64,000 nucleotides of DNA, from IMG/VR virus record IMGVR_UViG_3300042867_001113, one strand, 5' to 3'. A program made the translations under genes and the position numbers. Positions 25,832-35,476 of this stretch are shown piece after piece (the first letter of the stretch is position 1; the number at the start of each line of letters is the position of its first letter). The notes beneath the pieces are model-generated. The model saw nothing but the letters and a program-made list of their open reading frames with translations, had not been told where the DNA came from and made no database searches. The stretch is from a virus.

Positions 25832-27258
25832 ACAACACCGCTCTCGACGACAGCCTCTACCACAACAACGTCCGCCATCTGCAGCTGAGATTCGGTTCCA
25901 ACCGCATTTGGAACGGGTTGGTTTTCGTTTTTCCCTTGAGGCGAGATCTTGTTCAGGATGGCCTGCACCATCAGCTGGCTGTTCTGGATGAGCGTGAGCG
26001 TCGTGGTGTACCCAGACGCCGACATCGTGTGCTTCAGCTCGTGGCAGACGTAGAAGCCGTCGATGCGCCTGCTGCCTATGCGAACGTCGTACATATTGCC
26101 CGGGATCGCGTCTGGAAGCCCAAGCGTTTCGACTTCGATCCTCAAACCAACCGAGTTCCCGAGCGAGGTCATCCCTGCAAGTTGTTTGATGGCGGTGTTA
26201 TCCGCAGAGGAGTCGTCGTCCTCGACGGGGAGCGTGACGGTTGAAATCTTGTTCGACGGGGTGTCAACGCCGGTCTGAGCGTCCTCACCGCCGGAGACCG
26301 TGGCGTCTTTGGGGGTGACGGTTTTCTCTGAGGACTCCAGTGTGGTCTGGTCGATCTTTTTTTCCTGTAGCTTCTTGGACCAACCGTCGAGGAAGATTGC
26401 TGCCAGCCCCTCGCCGACAGATATGGAGAGGATCGGGTAGATCGCCCTGTTCGCAATCGAAGACCCAAAGCTACCGTCTCCAAAGTCGTAGAGGGTGAGA
26501 AGCGCCAGCGGCGCCTGCAACATCATCTCAACCTGAGAAACGAGTCGGAGGCTTCGGAGGCCCTTCTTCCCATCAAAGGTGGTGGCCCAGCACCCAGCAG
26601 CACGTGCCAGCTGCGAGATTACGTGCATGTAGGACTTGCCAGCGTTGACCAGCGCGACCTCTTCGTTCAATCGAGACAGTGCTCCTACGTCGAGAATCCA
26701 GTCGTTGGTGTTGACTTCGACGTTCAGCCTCTTGGCGTAGTCAATGATGTGTTGCTGGCGGGTCTTCTTTTCCTCCACTCCAGTCGCCCCGGTGGACGAG
26801 AGGTAGTAGCCCGCTGTGCCGATGCCCTTCAGGGTGATGGTTACGTCAGTCCCGAAGTTTGCTTCAGGTGGCTGAAGAATCCCTTGGAACGGGGGCGTCG
26901 AAGTCACCCCTTCCGATCCTGTGGAGTAGCCAAGAGAGACTTCAATGGCGGTGAGCGGGTATTCGAGAAGGGTCGAGTCGAGGATCTTCCGTGCGTCCTC
27001 CAGAGTCGGAGTCAGGACGACGTCGATGGTCGGCACTCCTCCCAAGTCCATCGAAACGGTCACCGACGACAGGTATGAGAGGGTGCTGGCGAACAGCGGG
27101 TCTCCGCCCTTCTCGCCCGCCGTCGTCCCTGTGAGTTCGATCTTCTGCGGGTTCGCTTGATCGTTGTTGATCGACAGAGGGAACCGCTGCTCGGTGGGCT
27201 GCCCCGGGTTCTTGAGGATCGCCGCGTACATGAAGGGGCTGGAGAAGTCGGTCTTCAC
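25828..27258 (-). CDS. baseplate hub (gp27/gpD-like)
   Basis: V.LGY, G.P...PG...V......DG.Y....HT.S..GY.T.L; synteny. Confidence 0.75.
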   Translation of the reverse strand: MKTDFSSPFMYAAILKNPGQPTEQRFPLSINNDQANPQKIELTGTTAGEKGGDPLFASTLSYLSSVTVSMDLGGVPTIDVVLTPTLEDARKILDSTLLEYPLTAIEVSLGYSTGSEGVTSTPPFQGILQPPEANFGTDVTITLKGIGTAGYYLSSTGATGVEEKKTRQQHIIDYAKRLNVEVNTNDWILDVGALSRLNEEVALVNAGKSYMHVISQLARAAGCWATTFDGKKGLRSLRLVSQVEMMLQAPLALLTLYDFGDGSFGSSIANRAIYPILSISVGEGLAAIFLDGWSKKLQEKKIDQTTLESSEKTVTPKDATVSGGEDAQTGVDTPSNKISTVTLPVEDDDSSADNTAIKQLAGMTSLGNSVGLRIEVETLGLPDAIPGNMYDVRIGSRRIDGFYVCHELKHTMSASGYTTTLTLIQNSQLMVQAILNKISPQGKNENQPVPNAVGTESQLQMADVVVVEAVVESGVV

Positions 27259-27266
27259 AGGCCCTC

Positions 27267-27584
27267 CTACTGCTTGGTGTTCTTGGCGAACAAGGTGCTG
27301 GAGACGTAGGTCGGCGACGGAATCCGGATCGTGGATCCAACCTGCAGGTCGGTCGGTAGGAGGTAGAGGTCATTGGCGAGCGCAATGACCCACCAGAGGT
27401 TCGGGTCGCCGTAGTAGCTGAACGCGAGATTGTCGATGCGGTCGGTGATGTTGACGACGATGTAGAAGTCGGTCGGCTGGATTGGGACTGGAGGCAGGTT
27501 GTCTAGCTCCCAAAAAGACACCCCCCGCACTGTGAGCAGGGTCTTGAAGCGGAGGCGACTTTGACGAGAGACGACGACGGACAT
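27267..27584 (-). CDS. LysM-like tail protein X / gp53-like
   Basis: DRIDNLAFSYYGDPNLWWVIALAND...G..IRIP. Confidence 0.9.
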   Translation of the reverse strand: MSVVVSRQSRLRFKTLLTVRGVSFWELDNLPPVPIQPTDFYIVVNITDRIDNLAFSYYGDPNLWWVIALANDLYLLPTDLQVGSTIRIPSPTYVSSTLFAKNTKQ

Positions 27585-27587
27585 GTC

Positions 27588-30500
27588 TTACCTCCTCCCT
27601 GAGAAGGATGGAGGGGCTGTAGCTGCGTTCGACGGAGCGCGGATCCCCTTCGCAGCCTTCGATGTCTGTGGAGAGCGGTCTTCCTGCAACACCCTCGCGA
27701 TGAGTTCGAGCACCGCCGTCTGTCGTTCGTCCCGGGCGCGCTGCTCCTCGGCCCACTTTGGGTTCTCGACTGCCGCGACGAGCGCCGCTGAGTTTTCCTT
27801 GTTCGTGTTCTGGAGCATCACCCACTCGGAGTTGCCTGCTCCGTTGCCGTTCAACACCCCAGAACCAGTTGGAGTCAGGTCAGGAACAGCTGTCCGAGCC
27901 CGGTAGGCCGCGAAGTCCTTTCTCCCTTGTGCGACTTCAGCCGCAGTGGCCCCCGATACCTTTTCAGGACCGTTCATTTCAAGCTGGCGGGCGCCGAGGC
28001 TCCGCACCTTGCGGGCGTCAAAACCTCCGTAAGCCTTGATGGCGAGAGGTGTATTGACACTTCTCTCAATCATAGCGGGGTTTGCGAGAGCAGCGGCAAC
28101 GTCGTTCTTCTTGGTGCTCTGGAGCCACTCACCAGCCTTCTTGATGTTGGCGATCGTGGCAGCGTCAATGCCAAAGAATTTCGCCAAGCCGGGGGACTCC
28201 GAGATGGTCTTTCCGAGGCCGACGAGCAGGTCTCCGATGGTCTGGATGATACTGGTCAATGGTGCAGAGATAAGGGTGGCCAGCTTGTTCGACTGCTCGC
28301 GAATGAAGTTGAACACAACGGCAAAGGCGTTGTAGACGACGTCGAACCCAGCCATGAAGAAATTGGCGATGTGAGCGCCGACGTTCTCGAAGAACGTCAA
28401 GGTGTTCTGACCGATGTAGGACAAGAAGTTCAGGATGTGGTCGCCGTACCACTCAATCGTCGTGAAGATGTTGTTCCACATGCGGTCCCACGTCTGCGTG
28501 AAGGTGTCGCCTTCCTCTTGGGCCATTGCGAACATGCCTGCAAAGAAGGCCACAAACGCAGCGATGACGACGACACTCGCTGCTGTGATCGCCCCTGCGA
28601 TGCTTTGGAGGATGCCGGTAAAGCCTCTCCACAACTGAGATCCCAACCACTTCAGAGCAGGCCACACGGCCTTTTTCCACATCCACGGTCCGAGCAGCTT
28701 CAACACCGTGACAGCGAGGGTGGCGAACGCGGATACAAGGGCGGCGGTGATTGGACCGAGAAAGGTCACAGCAAGAATTCCACTGGCGATCAGGAGCGGG
28801 AGAGACTCGCCGAACCAAGCTTTCACCTTTTCCTCGAAAGTCTTGTTTGGGTCATCCCAGATTTCGCCCATCCGGGTCCACCACCCAGCCAAGTAGTCCC
28901 CGATCTGCTCTAGTGCGTAGTCGAATGCCTTCCGCAAGGTGTTCCCGATGGCTGCACCAATGACCACGCCATCGCTCGCGTTCTTCGGGTCAACGAAGTC
29001 TCCCATCAGCCCGCTCCAGAAACCGCTCGCGACCTCCTTGACGAAGGAGACGGCCTTGCCGAAGGCGTCCTTGAAGACAACGATCAGGCTGTTCAGGACC
29101 GCATCCGTCTCCTTGTTCCCGGTGAGCTGCCCAATGTCACTGAACCCACCCGAGAGGATTTTCCGAGCGAACCCTGAGATGAACTTGATCGCCTTCGTCG
29201 CATAGACCGGCAGCGTCGTGGTCATAAACTTGAGGATCTGCGCGCCGGTCTTCTGGATCGCCGCGTGAGCCACTGCCTCCACGATCTCCCCGGAAGACGC
29301 CCCGAGCTTCTTCAGACCCGGGCGAAGCTTCTTGTCGAGGTCGACGAAGTTCGACGCGAACATGGCCGCAATACCGCCGAAGATGCCGAGCAGGGCCCCG
29401 AACGGACTCGTGAGGTTGATGCCCACAGCACGGAGCTTCGCGAGGGGGCCCGTCAGCGCTTCGGCTGCGCTGCCGAGGGCCACCATCGGCCCTTGGATGT
29501 TCGCGGGGAACAGAGCCGTGGCGCCGAACTTCTGCACGTCCGCGAGTTTTCCGAGCACCATCCCGAGCGGGCCACCGTCCTTGGCGACATTCTCCATCGT
29601 GCTCGCAAACCAGTTGAACGACGACTGAGTCTCTTTGAGGAAGGCGTTCGTCGACTGGGTTGCAAGGCCCCGGAAGCGCTGCATGAACCCCTGCTGCTGG
29701 CGCTCGAACGCCTCAGCAGCGGTGATACCAGTCGTGAAACCTTCCTTCGCGAGCTTGCCTGTGGCTTTCGCGGATGCGGCCACCATCTTGCCGACGTCCA
29801 CAGTGGTCAGAGCCAGACGTCCCTCGGCGGACTGCAACATCTTGACGATGTCGTCGCCTGACTCCCCGAAGGCTTTGGACGCCTGTGCGCGGAAGAATTC
29901 GACAGCATCTTTGGCGTCTTCCGCTCCGAGCTTGTCCACTGCCCCCGCGAACTTCTTCAGAAAGACGTCTGGGCTCTCGCTCATTGAGGCGAACGCGTCG
30001 TCGATGCCTGTACCAGCCTTGGCGAACGCCAAAGTGCTCTCATGCAGAGCGTTTGTCGCACCTGCTGCAAGATCCTTGAAGCCCTGCTTGCCGTCTGTCA
30101 GCGCGGTTGCGAGCCCGGTGGCGACAGCCATGGCCTTCTCACCGTTCCCGGTGACGGTGTAGAAGGCGTCTGCAGTGGCAACAATTCCCTTGCCGAACTC
30201 AGCAATCTGCTCAGGTGTGTCGCCCAGCATTTTGCGTTTGCTCAGGATCGACGTGATGTCGTCGAGCTTCCCGAGGCTTGCAGCGACGTCGCCTGACTTT
30301 GTCCCGAACGCCGTGAGCATGTCCGTGATCTGCGAGACGTCCTTGGGGGAGATCTTCTTCCCCATCTGCAGCAGTGAGTAGCCAAACTTGTCGCTGGAGA
30401 TGCCCGCAACTTCAGCCAGCTTCGCCAACGTCTCCGCGCTGTCGATCCCCATGTCCTTCAGGATGTCTGCGGCCTTCAGGTCGCCGAGGACAGCGTCGAA

Positions 30501-30881
30501 GCCATAGATCGCCTTCCCCGCTTGATCCGCCCCGATGTTCATCGAGTACGCCATCGAGGACGCTTGCTTCTTGAACGACTTCAGCTTGTCGCCGGTGTAC
30601 CCCATCGTCGCGCCGAGCTTCCGAGTCTCCTTGTCGAACGCAGTGAACGTCGACTCGATCGAGGAGGTCAGTTCCATGCCGCCGGTTGAGAGCGTCTTGA
30701 ACTTGTCCCCCAGCTCCCCGAGCCGATCAAAACTCAGGGCCGACAGCATGGTCTGGAGACGCTGGAGCCCCAGCATCTCCTTCCCGAGCGTGCGGAAGTC
30801 ACGACTCAGCCCGTTGACGGCCTTGCCGAGGCCGAGGTCGTTCCCTTGGAAGCCGAAACCAAGACCGAAGTTGAGGGCCAT
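27588..30881 (-). CDS. tape measure protein
   Basis: 1097 aa, helical, Ala/Gly-rich, transmembrane segments, downstream of the chaperone. Confidence 0.85.
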   Translation of the reverse strand: MALNFGLGFGFQGNDLGLGKAVNGLSRDFRTLGKEMLGLQRLQTMLSALSFDRLGELGDKFKTLSTGGMELTSSIESTFTAFDKETRKLGATMGYTGDKLKSFKKQASSMAYSMNIGADQAGKAIYGFDAVLGDLKAADILKDMGIDSAETLAKLAEVAGISSDKFGYSLLQMGKKISPKDVSQITDMLTAFGTKSGDVAASLGKLDDITSILSKRKMLGDTPEQIAEFGKGIVATADAFYTVTGNGEKAMAVATGLATALTDGKQGFKDLAAGATNALHESTLAFAKAGTGIDDAFASMSESPDVFLKKFAGAVDKLGAEDAKDAVEFFRAQASKAFGESGDDIVKMLQSAEGRLALTTVDVGKMVAASAKATGKLAKEGFTTGITAAEAFERQQQGFMQRFRGLATQSTNAFLKETQSSFNWFASTMENVAKDGGPLGMVLGKLADVQKFGATALFPANIQGPMVALGSAAEALTGPLAKLRAVGINLTSPFGALLGIFGGIAAMFASNFVDLDKKLRPGLKKLGASSGEIVEAVAHAAIQKTGAQILKFMTTTLPVYATKAIKFISGFARKILSGGFSDIGQLTGNKETDAVLNSLIVVFKDAFGKAVSFVKEVASGFWSGLMGDFVDPKNASDGVVIGAAIGNTLRKAFDYALEQIGDYLAGWWTRMGEIWDDPNKTFEEKVKAWFGESLPLLIASGILAVTFLGPITAALVSAFATLAVTVLKLLGPWMWKKAVWPALKWLGSQLWRGFTGILQSIAGAITAASVVVIAAFVAFFAGMFAMAQEEGDTFTQTWDRMWNNIFTTIEWYGDHILNFLSYIGQNTLTFFENVGAHIANFFMAGFDVVYNAFAVVFNFIREQSNKLATLISAPLTSIIQTIGDLLVGLGKTISESPGLAKFFGIDAATIANIKKAGEWLQSTKKNDVAAALANPAMIERSVNTPLAIKAYGGFDARKVRSLGARQLEMNGPEKVSGATAAEVAQGRKDFAAYRARTAVPDLTPTGSGVLNGNGAGNSEWVMLQNTNKENSAALVAAVENPKWAEEQRARDERQTAVLELIARVLQEDRSPQTSKAAKGIRAPSNAATAPPSFSGRR

Positions 30882-30938
30882 CGACTCTCCAGCAGAGGAG
30901 GGGGGTCACCTCCGACGATTTTGTAGCACAGCGACCTG

Positions 30939-31145
30939 TCAGCGTCTCATTCGAGAGCGAGACTGCGAGTCCGCCTGCCGCTGCTTCTCCTCGCGCTTCT
31001 GCTCCAGCTCGACCTTCTTCTGAATCATCCGATGCCGCCGGGTCGTCGGCATCCCCATCGCTGACTCATAGGAGGTGTGCCACACCTCCATCAGGTAGAA
31101 GATTTCGTCTTCGAGTCCTTCTGGACTCGACCCGGGAAGAAAAAA
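30939..31145 (-). CDS. -1 frameshift extension of the tail assembly chaperone (GT-like)
   Basis: Slippery T TTT TTC at 31139-31145 leads into FLPGSSPEGLEDEIFYLMEVWHTSY...MPTTRR. Confidence 0.7.
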   Translation of the reverse strand, partial: FFLPGSSPEGLEDEIFYLMEVWHTSYESAMGMPTTRRHRMIQKKVELEQKREEKQRQADSQSRSRMRR

Positions 31146-31897
31146 CCGGGCTGACCCAAGTCCAGCTCGCTCTTGTACTCGTGGTTGCAGACAGGACACT
31201 GCATGTCCATCTCCGTGTCGACGCCGCCGTCTTGGCTCTCCAGCATGGACCGAAGCCCCTGCCGGTCGCGGAACGACAGACCCTTGATGTCGGACATCGT
31301 CGGCGTCTTCCCGTCAAGCAGCTCGATGCGAGCGAGCAGCATGGCAGACGGCTTCTCGTCGTCCGAGACCTTGTTGGCGCGTTCCTCATCAGCACCTGTC
31401 CCGAGACGGTGACGAACCTTCCGGCCCGAGGGGAGCACGTCATCGAACACGCGCACCATCGGGTTGGTCATCTTCTGGACGGTGAGATCGCTGAGATCGA
31501 GGATGTAGTTGCCCTTGCTCTTGCACTCCGGACAGACCTCCTCGACGGGAAAGGCATCTCCCAAAGAAGTGCGGCGGAGGGCGAGCAGGAGGAAGATGCG
31601 GTCGCCGGTCGGGAGGTGCGAGATGATGCTGGAGAAGTGCCCCCGGTCCGTGATGGTGCCGATGCGCTCCAAGCAGGCCGACAGCAGCATCCCGAGCTTC
31701 TTCTGCACGCCGAGCTTCGGAGTGGCGAGGAGGTCTTCTTCTCGCCCCGTCATTTCACGCAAGTGAACCTCGGTGTGAAGCACTCCAAGGTTGTCGATGT
31801 AGCCACACGGCAGCTCGAAGACGCCGTTCGTCGGCTTCGGGGTGTCGAGCAGGTTCTGGTTGATGTTCTCTGAAAAAGTCGGTGCCTTGTCGCTCAT
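31091..31897 (-). CDS. tail assembly chaperone / hub assembly protein with two CxxC zinc ribbons
   Basis: LREMTGREEDLL, CPEC, CPVC, ends in GFFF; upstream of the tape measure gene. Confidence 0.8.
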   Translation of the reverse strand: MSDKAPTFSENINQNLLDTPKPTNGVFELPCGYIDNLGVLHTEVHLREMTGREEDLLATPKLGVQKKLGMLLSACLERIGTITDRGHFSSIISHLPTGDRIFLLLALRRTSLGDAFPVEEVCPECKSKGNYILDLSDLTVQKMTNPMVRVFDDVLPSGRKVRHRLGTGADEERANKVSDDEKPSAMLLARIELLDGKTPTMSDIKGLSFRDRQGLRSMLESQDGGVDTEMDMQCPVCNHEYKSELDLGQPGFFFPGRVQKDSKTKSST

Positions 31898-32502
31898 GTC
31901 TTGTTCCTTCCAGCTGCGTCCACCAGCGGTGAGGCTTCCGCCTCGTACATGCAGAAAAGGGCTTTGAGAGCCGTCGTCACGGTCATCCCTTGCCCGTCCA
32001 CGATCGTCTTGAAGGTTGAGTAGAGGTCCGACTCCACCCAGATGTTCAAACGAACATCTGAGCCCGCGTCTTGGTAGGACGCAAGGTCGTCGAACCGAGC
32101 TTGGTCGGCGACATAGCGGCCCATCATGTAGCGCACCAAAGCGCCCATGCTGCTCGTGTGGCCGACGTCCCTTCGCTCCTGCAGCTTCTTGTAGAGCCGG
32201 TCAGAGACCCAGATGTTCACGAGCCGCTTGCCCTGCTCCGCGACCTTCTTCGGAGAGACGCTGGAAGCCAGCTCACACGCTCGGCAGAGGAGCACGGAGT
32301 TCGCGAGGAGCAGTTTTCCGCCAGCCTCCTCTGGAACGATGAGCCTGGGCTTCAGCTTGTGCTCGCCGCCGCAGTTCGCGCACTTGCCGTGAGCCGCTTC
32401 GTAGACGAGTTGGGCCCACATCGGGCGGTCCACTTGGAGGTCTTCCGAGTCCGTCACAGTTACACCCATTGGGACCATATGGCCCACGTCCGCGTTGAGC
32501 AT
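31894..32502 (-). CDS. degenerate HNH zinc domain fused to two RHH-like DNA-binding repeats
   Basis: CANCG...PRLIVP...GG...N...LCRAC lacks the catalytic His; repeats RLVNIWVSDRLY and VRLNIWVESDLY. Confidence 0.65.
   Translation of the reverse strand: MLNADVGHMVPMGVTVTDSEDLQVDRPMWAQLVYEAAHGKCANCGGEHKLKPRLIVPEEAGGKLLLANSVLLCRACELASSVSPKKVAEQGKRLVNIWVSDRLYKKLQERRDVGHTSSMGALVRYMMGRYVADQARFDDLASYQDAGSDVRLNIWVESDLYSTFKTIVDGQGMTVTTALKALFCMYEAEASPLVDAAGRNKT
32472..32485. promoter_or_regulatory. GGACCATAYGGNCC site in the 5' end of the HNH-RHH gene
   Basis: GGACCATATGGCCC. Confidence 0.75.
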
Positions 32503-32537
32503 GTCCGTACCTCACAACAGATGTATCATGTTCCCTG

Positions 32538-32559
32538 AAAAAGCCCACACGAAGTGGGC
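32538..32559 (-). terminator. intrinsic terminator
   Basis: GCCCAC-TTCGT-GTGGGC-TTTTT. Confidence 0.75.
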
Positions 32560-32567
32560 GAGTTGAT

Positions 32568-33323
32568 TCAGGGGAGCCATCCCATAGCCTTCAGAGCCCG
32601 CTGGTACTCAGGGTCACCCGCTCCGAGCGCACGAAGCGCCCTGACCGACGGCGATTCCCACCCAGTCGCCACGGGAGCAGGGAACGGGTTCTTCGCGGGT
32701 GCCCCGAGGGGAACAGCGTAGGAGCCCACGTTGGCGGTTGTGGTGCCTTCCTGCTGCGCGAGGATCGCCTTCATGGCGTCCATCCTCGCTTGCTGCAGCT
32801 GAGGAGATGAGGGCAGACGGTTGCGGCCCCGCGAACCAGCGAATCCGAAGTTCTCTTGTAGCGCAAGTGTGCGCCTCGCCTGTGCCAAGGCTTCACGCTG
32901 GGTAGCGTGTGGGTCGGTCAGCACCTTGCCCTTTTCCGTCGTGACGACGTAGACAGTCATCTTCTTCGTGAGGGAAGAGGGGCCATACGCCGCCTTCTCC
33001 TTGTGGACGAAGACCTTGTGCCCGTCGAGCATGACTGCCTTCCCCTCGTCTTGCGCTTCCTGCCGCTCCGCGCGACCGGCAACGTGTTCGAGGGCTTCTT
33101 CCTCGCCGAAGATCGATGTGACGGACTCGGACGCATCGCGCAGGACGTCAGCGGTCGCACGCATCTGCCCGCGCATCTCGGCGTACTTTGGAAGGGGGAT
33201 GCGCTCGCGGTAGATGTCGGAGAGGACGTCGAGCATGTCTTCGACGCGGCCCGTGCGGTCGACGAGGTCTTCGAGTTTGGCCTTCAGGTCGAAGGTGCCG
33301 TCTTTGGATTCAGAATGGCGCAT
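32568..33323 (-). CDS. hypothetical, possibly head-associated protein (EGTTTANVG.Y.VP motif)
   Basis: 251 aa, GAGG RBS. Confidence 0.6.
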   Translation of the reverse strand: MRHSESKDGTFDLKAKLEDLVDRTGRVEDMLDVLSDIYRERIPLPKYAEMRGQMRATADVLRDASESVTSIFGEEEALEHVAGRAERQEAQDEGKAVMLDGHKVFVHKEKAAYGPSSLTKKMTVYVVTTEKGKVLTDPHATQREALAQARRTLALQENFGFAGSRGRNRLPSSPQLQQARMDAMKAILAQQEGTTTANVGSYAVPLGAPAKNPFPAPVATGWESPSVRALRALGAGDPEYQRALKAMGWLP

Positions 33324-33332
33324 CCTCGCAGT

Positions 33333-34064
33333 CTACGCAGACAGCGCAATTTCCTCCACGAATTCCGGCTGGATGTCCATCTCTTGAATCGAGACCTGCC
33401 CAGAGGTTGCGTCGAAGTCGGAGCCGGTCTTGTACCTCAGCGGGACGCAGTTCTTGAGGAGGAAGGCGCGCGCGGGGATCTTGATGCCGGTCGACTGCGA
33501 CGTAGGTGCGTTGGGAGCAAAGTTGGCCGCGAGGGTTGCCGCACCCAGAGACCCAAGCTGGACTCCAGACGCGACCCCCGCTAGGGCTCCAGATTGCAGA
33601 CCCGCTTCCGCTCCGACGGCAAAACCCGTCACAGTCGACAGCCCGCCCGCGACCCCGGCTGCCATCGCAACCTGCTGCGCCAAAGTCTGGGCTGGAGTGT
33701 TTCGGAAGAAGTGAACCAGAAGCAGGGTTCGGCGGTAAGTAATGCCGCCGAGCTGGAGGCCAGATAGTCCGGTCGTTCCCGCCAAGGCTGCGACGGTCCA
33801 CTTCCAGAAGTCCGAGTTGAACCACGTCACCCCTCTGGAGAGAGTGATGGACCCGACGCTGCCGCCCTTCACGACCGTCTTCGTAAAAGGCCAGTTCCCC
33901 TCGTTGATCTGCTGCGTCTCGACGGTGATTTCGGGAGACGATACCGCCGAGAACCCAGAGAGAGGCGTGAACAGCGGCAACGCAGGTATGAAGTCGATGG
34001 GAGCGACGTCGTAGAGCCAGAAGTTGTTGTCGCGCAGTGGGTCGAGGAGGTTGGAGCGCGCCAT
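33333..34064 (-). CDS. tail tube-like protein 2 (gp19 family) with Gly/Ala-rich insertion
   Basis: DPLR..NF, GFS.VS.PE, EGN, ITLSRGV, DFDATS..VSIQEM.I. Confidence 0.85.
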   Translation of the reverse strand: MARSNLLDPLRDNNFWLYDVAPIDFIPALPLFTPLSGFSAVSSPEITVETQQINEGNWPFTKTVVKGGSVGSITLSRGVTWFNSDFWKWTVAALAGTTGLSGLQLGGITYRRTLLLVHFFRNTPAQTLAQQVAMAAGVAGGLSTVTGFAVGAEAGLQSGALAGVASGVQLGSLGAATLAANFAPNAPTSQSTGIKIPARAFLLKNCVPLRYKTGSDFDATSGQVSIQEMDIQPEFVEEIALSA

Positions 34065-34075
34065 CAGTCACCTAC

Positions 34076-34116
34076 AAAGAAAAACGCCGGAGTCGAGGCC
34101 ACCTCAAACTCCGGCG
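34076..34116 (-). terminator. intrinsic terminator after the tube gene
   Basis: CGCCGGAG...CTCCGGCG followed by TTTTTCTTT. Confidence 0.8.
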
Positions 34117-34135
34117 CTGGTGGATCAGGCTCGTC

Positions 34136-34720
34136 TCAAGAAGGTCTGACGTCGATTCTTGCATCCACCACGTCGAAGTACTCGAAGGCGATGTCCAGCT
34201 CAGACACAGAGATGTCGCTCGACGAGGCGTCGAGGTCACCCGCGACCTTCGCGCGGATTGGGAACGCCTCGTACAAGTTGTAGATGCGAGACGGTTCTGC
34301 TGAAGGCTTCAGCGCCGCCGATTCCGGCATGCCGCCAGACGTGCTCGCGGTCGTGATGGGAACCGGGCGAGTCAGCACCGAGCGGTTGAAGTGCTTGATG
34401 CTGACCGTCGTCCGGTAGTCCCCAGAGCCTTCGACGACCACGCGAAGCCAGTTCCAGAAGTTCGAGCCTGTCTGAGTGACGCCCTTTTGCAAGGTGATGT
34501 CACTGACAGTCGTGTTGCCCGGATACTTCTGTGGGTAGTTGAAGTGGCCTTCCCGATACTCCACGGCCTCCGTCGTCGCTTCAGGCGTCGTGCAAGACAT
34601 AAAGCCTGCAGGTACGTTCGACGGGAAGATCTCAGGACGTAGTGTGTCGGGAATTTCCGCACCAGTCGTCACGTGGAACCGCATCGAGTGCAGAAAGTCG
34701 GTGGCTGCTGCGCGTGTCAT
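34136..34720 (-). CDS. major tail tube protein (T4 gp19 family)
   Basis: GF...T.PE...EYREG...KYPG.T...DITLQKG...FWNW...EAFP...DLDA.SSDI....L...E. Confidence 0.9.
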   Translation of the reverse strand: MTRAAATDFLHSMRFHVTTGAEIPDTLRPEIFPSNVPAGFMSCTTPEATTEAVEYREGHFNYPQKYPGNTTVSDITLQKGVTQTGSNFWNWLRVVVEGSGDYRTTVSIKHFNRSVLTRPVPITTASTSGGMPESAALKPSAEPSRIYNLYEAFPIRAKVAGDLDASSSDISVSELDIAFEYFDVVDARIDVRPS

Positions 34721-34765
34721 GTCTGGCTCCTTGAGGAGGTAGGGTTCCGAAGACGACGAACCCTA

Positions 34766-35392
34766 TCAGGCTTCGCGACGGGCAGTGATGACGATCTCGC
34801 CGACCGTCGAACGGTCACGACGAATGAACAAGCCGACGAGCGCGCCGGGGGTCAAGACCACCGAGGCGTTCGGGCCAATCATTCGAGCCGCGCCGAGGAC
34901 GTCCGCAGGGACCGTCGCCGCGAGGGTGCCGCCACCAGCCGCTGCCGAGCGCACCGCGAGGGTCGAAGCGCCGGGGCCTGCCGTGGAGATGAGAGCCATC
35001 GCGTCGAGAATGCGGACCTTGTAGGGCAGCGTGTTGACCGCGTAGATGGTCACGTCGTCGAGCGTGCCAGAGGCACCGCCCGAGACAAACGCCTTGCGGA
35101 AGATGACCGGAGCAGAGTCGATCGCTGCAGCAGCAACCGGAGCAACTGCCAGCGCGCTCACTGAGCCGGGAGCGAGAGGCGATGGGAGCGGGATGGAGGC
35201 CAACTCATCCGCCGTGTAGGCGATGGACGCAGTCAGGATCCCGTCAGCGACAGCAGCTTGCAGGCCCGCCATCGACGAGATTTCCGCAGGCGACCGGCTG
35301 ACGACGAGGGTTTGTGCTGCAGCGATGTCAACGTAGACATCGTTGAGGAAGAAGGCCGACGCAGAGATGTTCGTGATCGAGAGGGAAGCCAT
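34766..35392 (-). CDS. putative virion structural protein
   Basis: 208 aa between sheath and tube, AGGAG RBS. Confidence 0.6.
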   Translation of the reverse strand: MASLSITNISASAFFLNDVYVDIAAAQTLVVSRSPAEISSMAGLQAAVADGILTASIAYTADELASIPLPSPLAPGSVSALAVAPVAAAAIDSAPVIFRKAFVSGGASGTLDDVTIYAVNTLPYKVRILDAMALISTAGPGASTLAVRSAAAGGGTLAATVPADVLGAARMIGPNASVVLTPGALVGLFIRRDRSTVGEIVITARREA

Positions 35393-35432
35393 GTGAATTC
35401 TCCTGCAAGCTGGGGGAAGAGTACGAGGGTTC

Positions 35433-35470
35433 AGAGAGAAACACCAACGGGACCATATGGCCCCGTTGGC
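35433..35470 (-). terminator. hairpin/terminator after the sheath gene, with the GGACCATATGGCCC motif (35450-35463) at its centre
   Basis: CCAACGGG-GCCATATGGT-CCCGTTGG followed by TGTTTCTCT. Confidence 0.65.
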
Positions 35471-35476
35471 GAAAGG

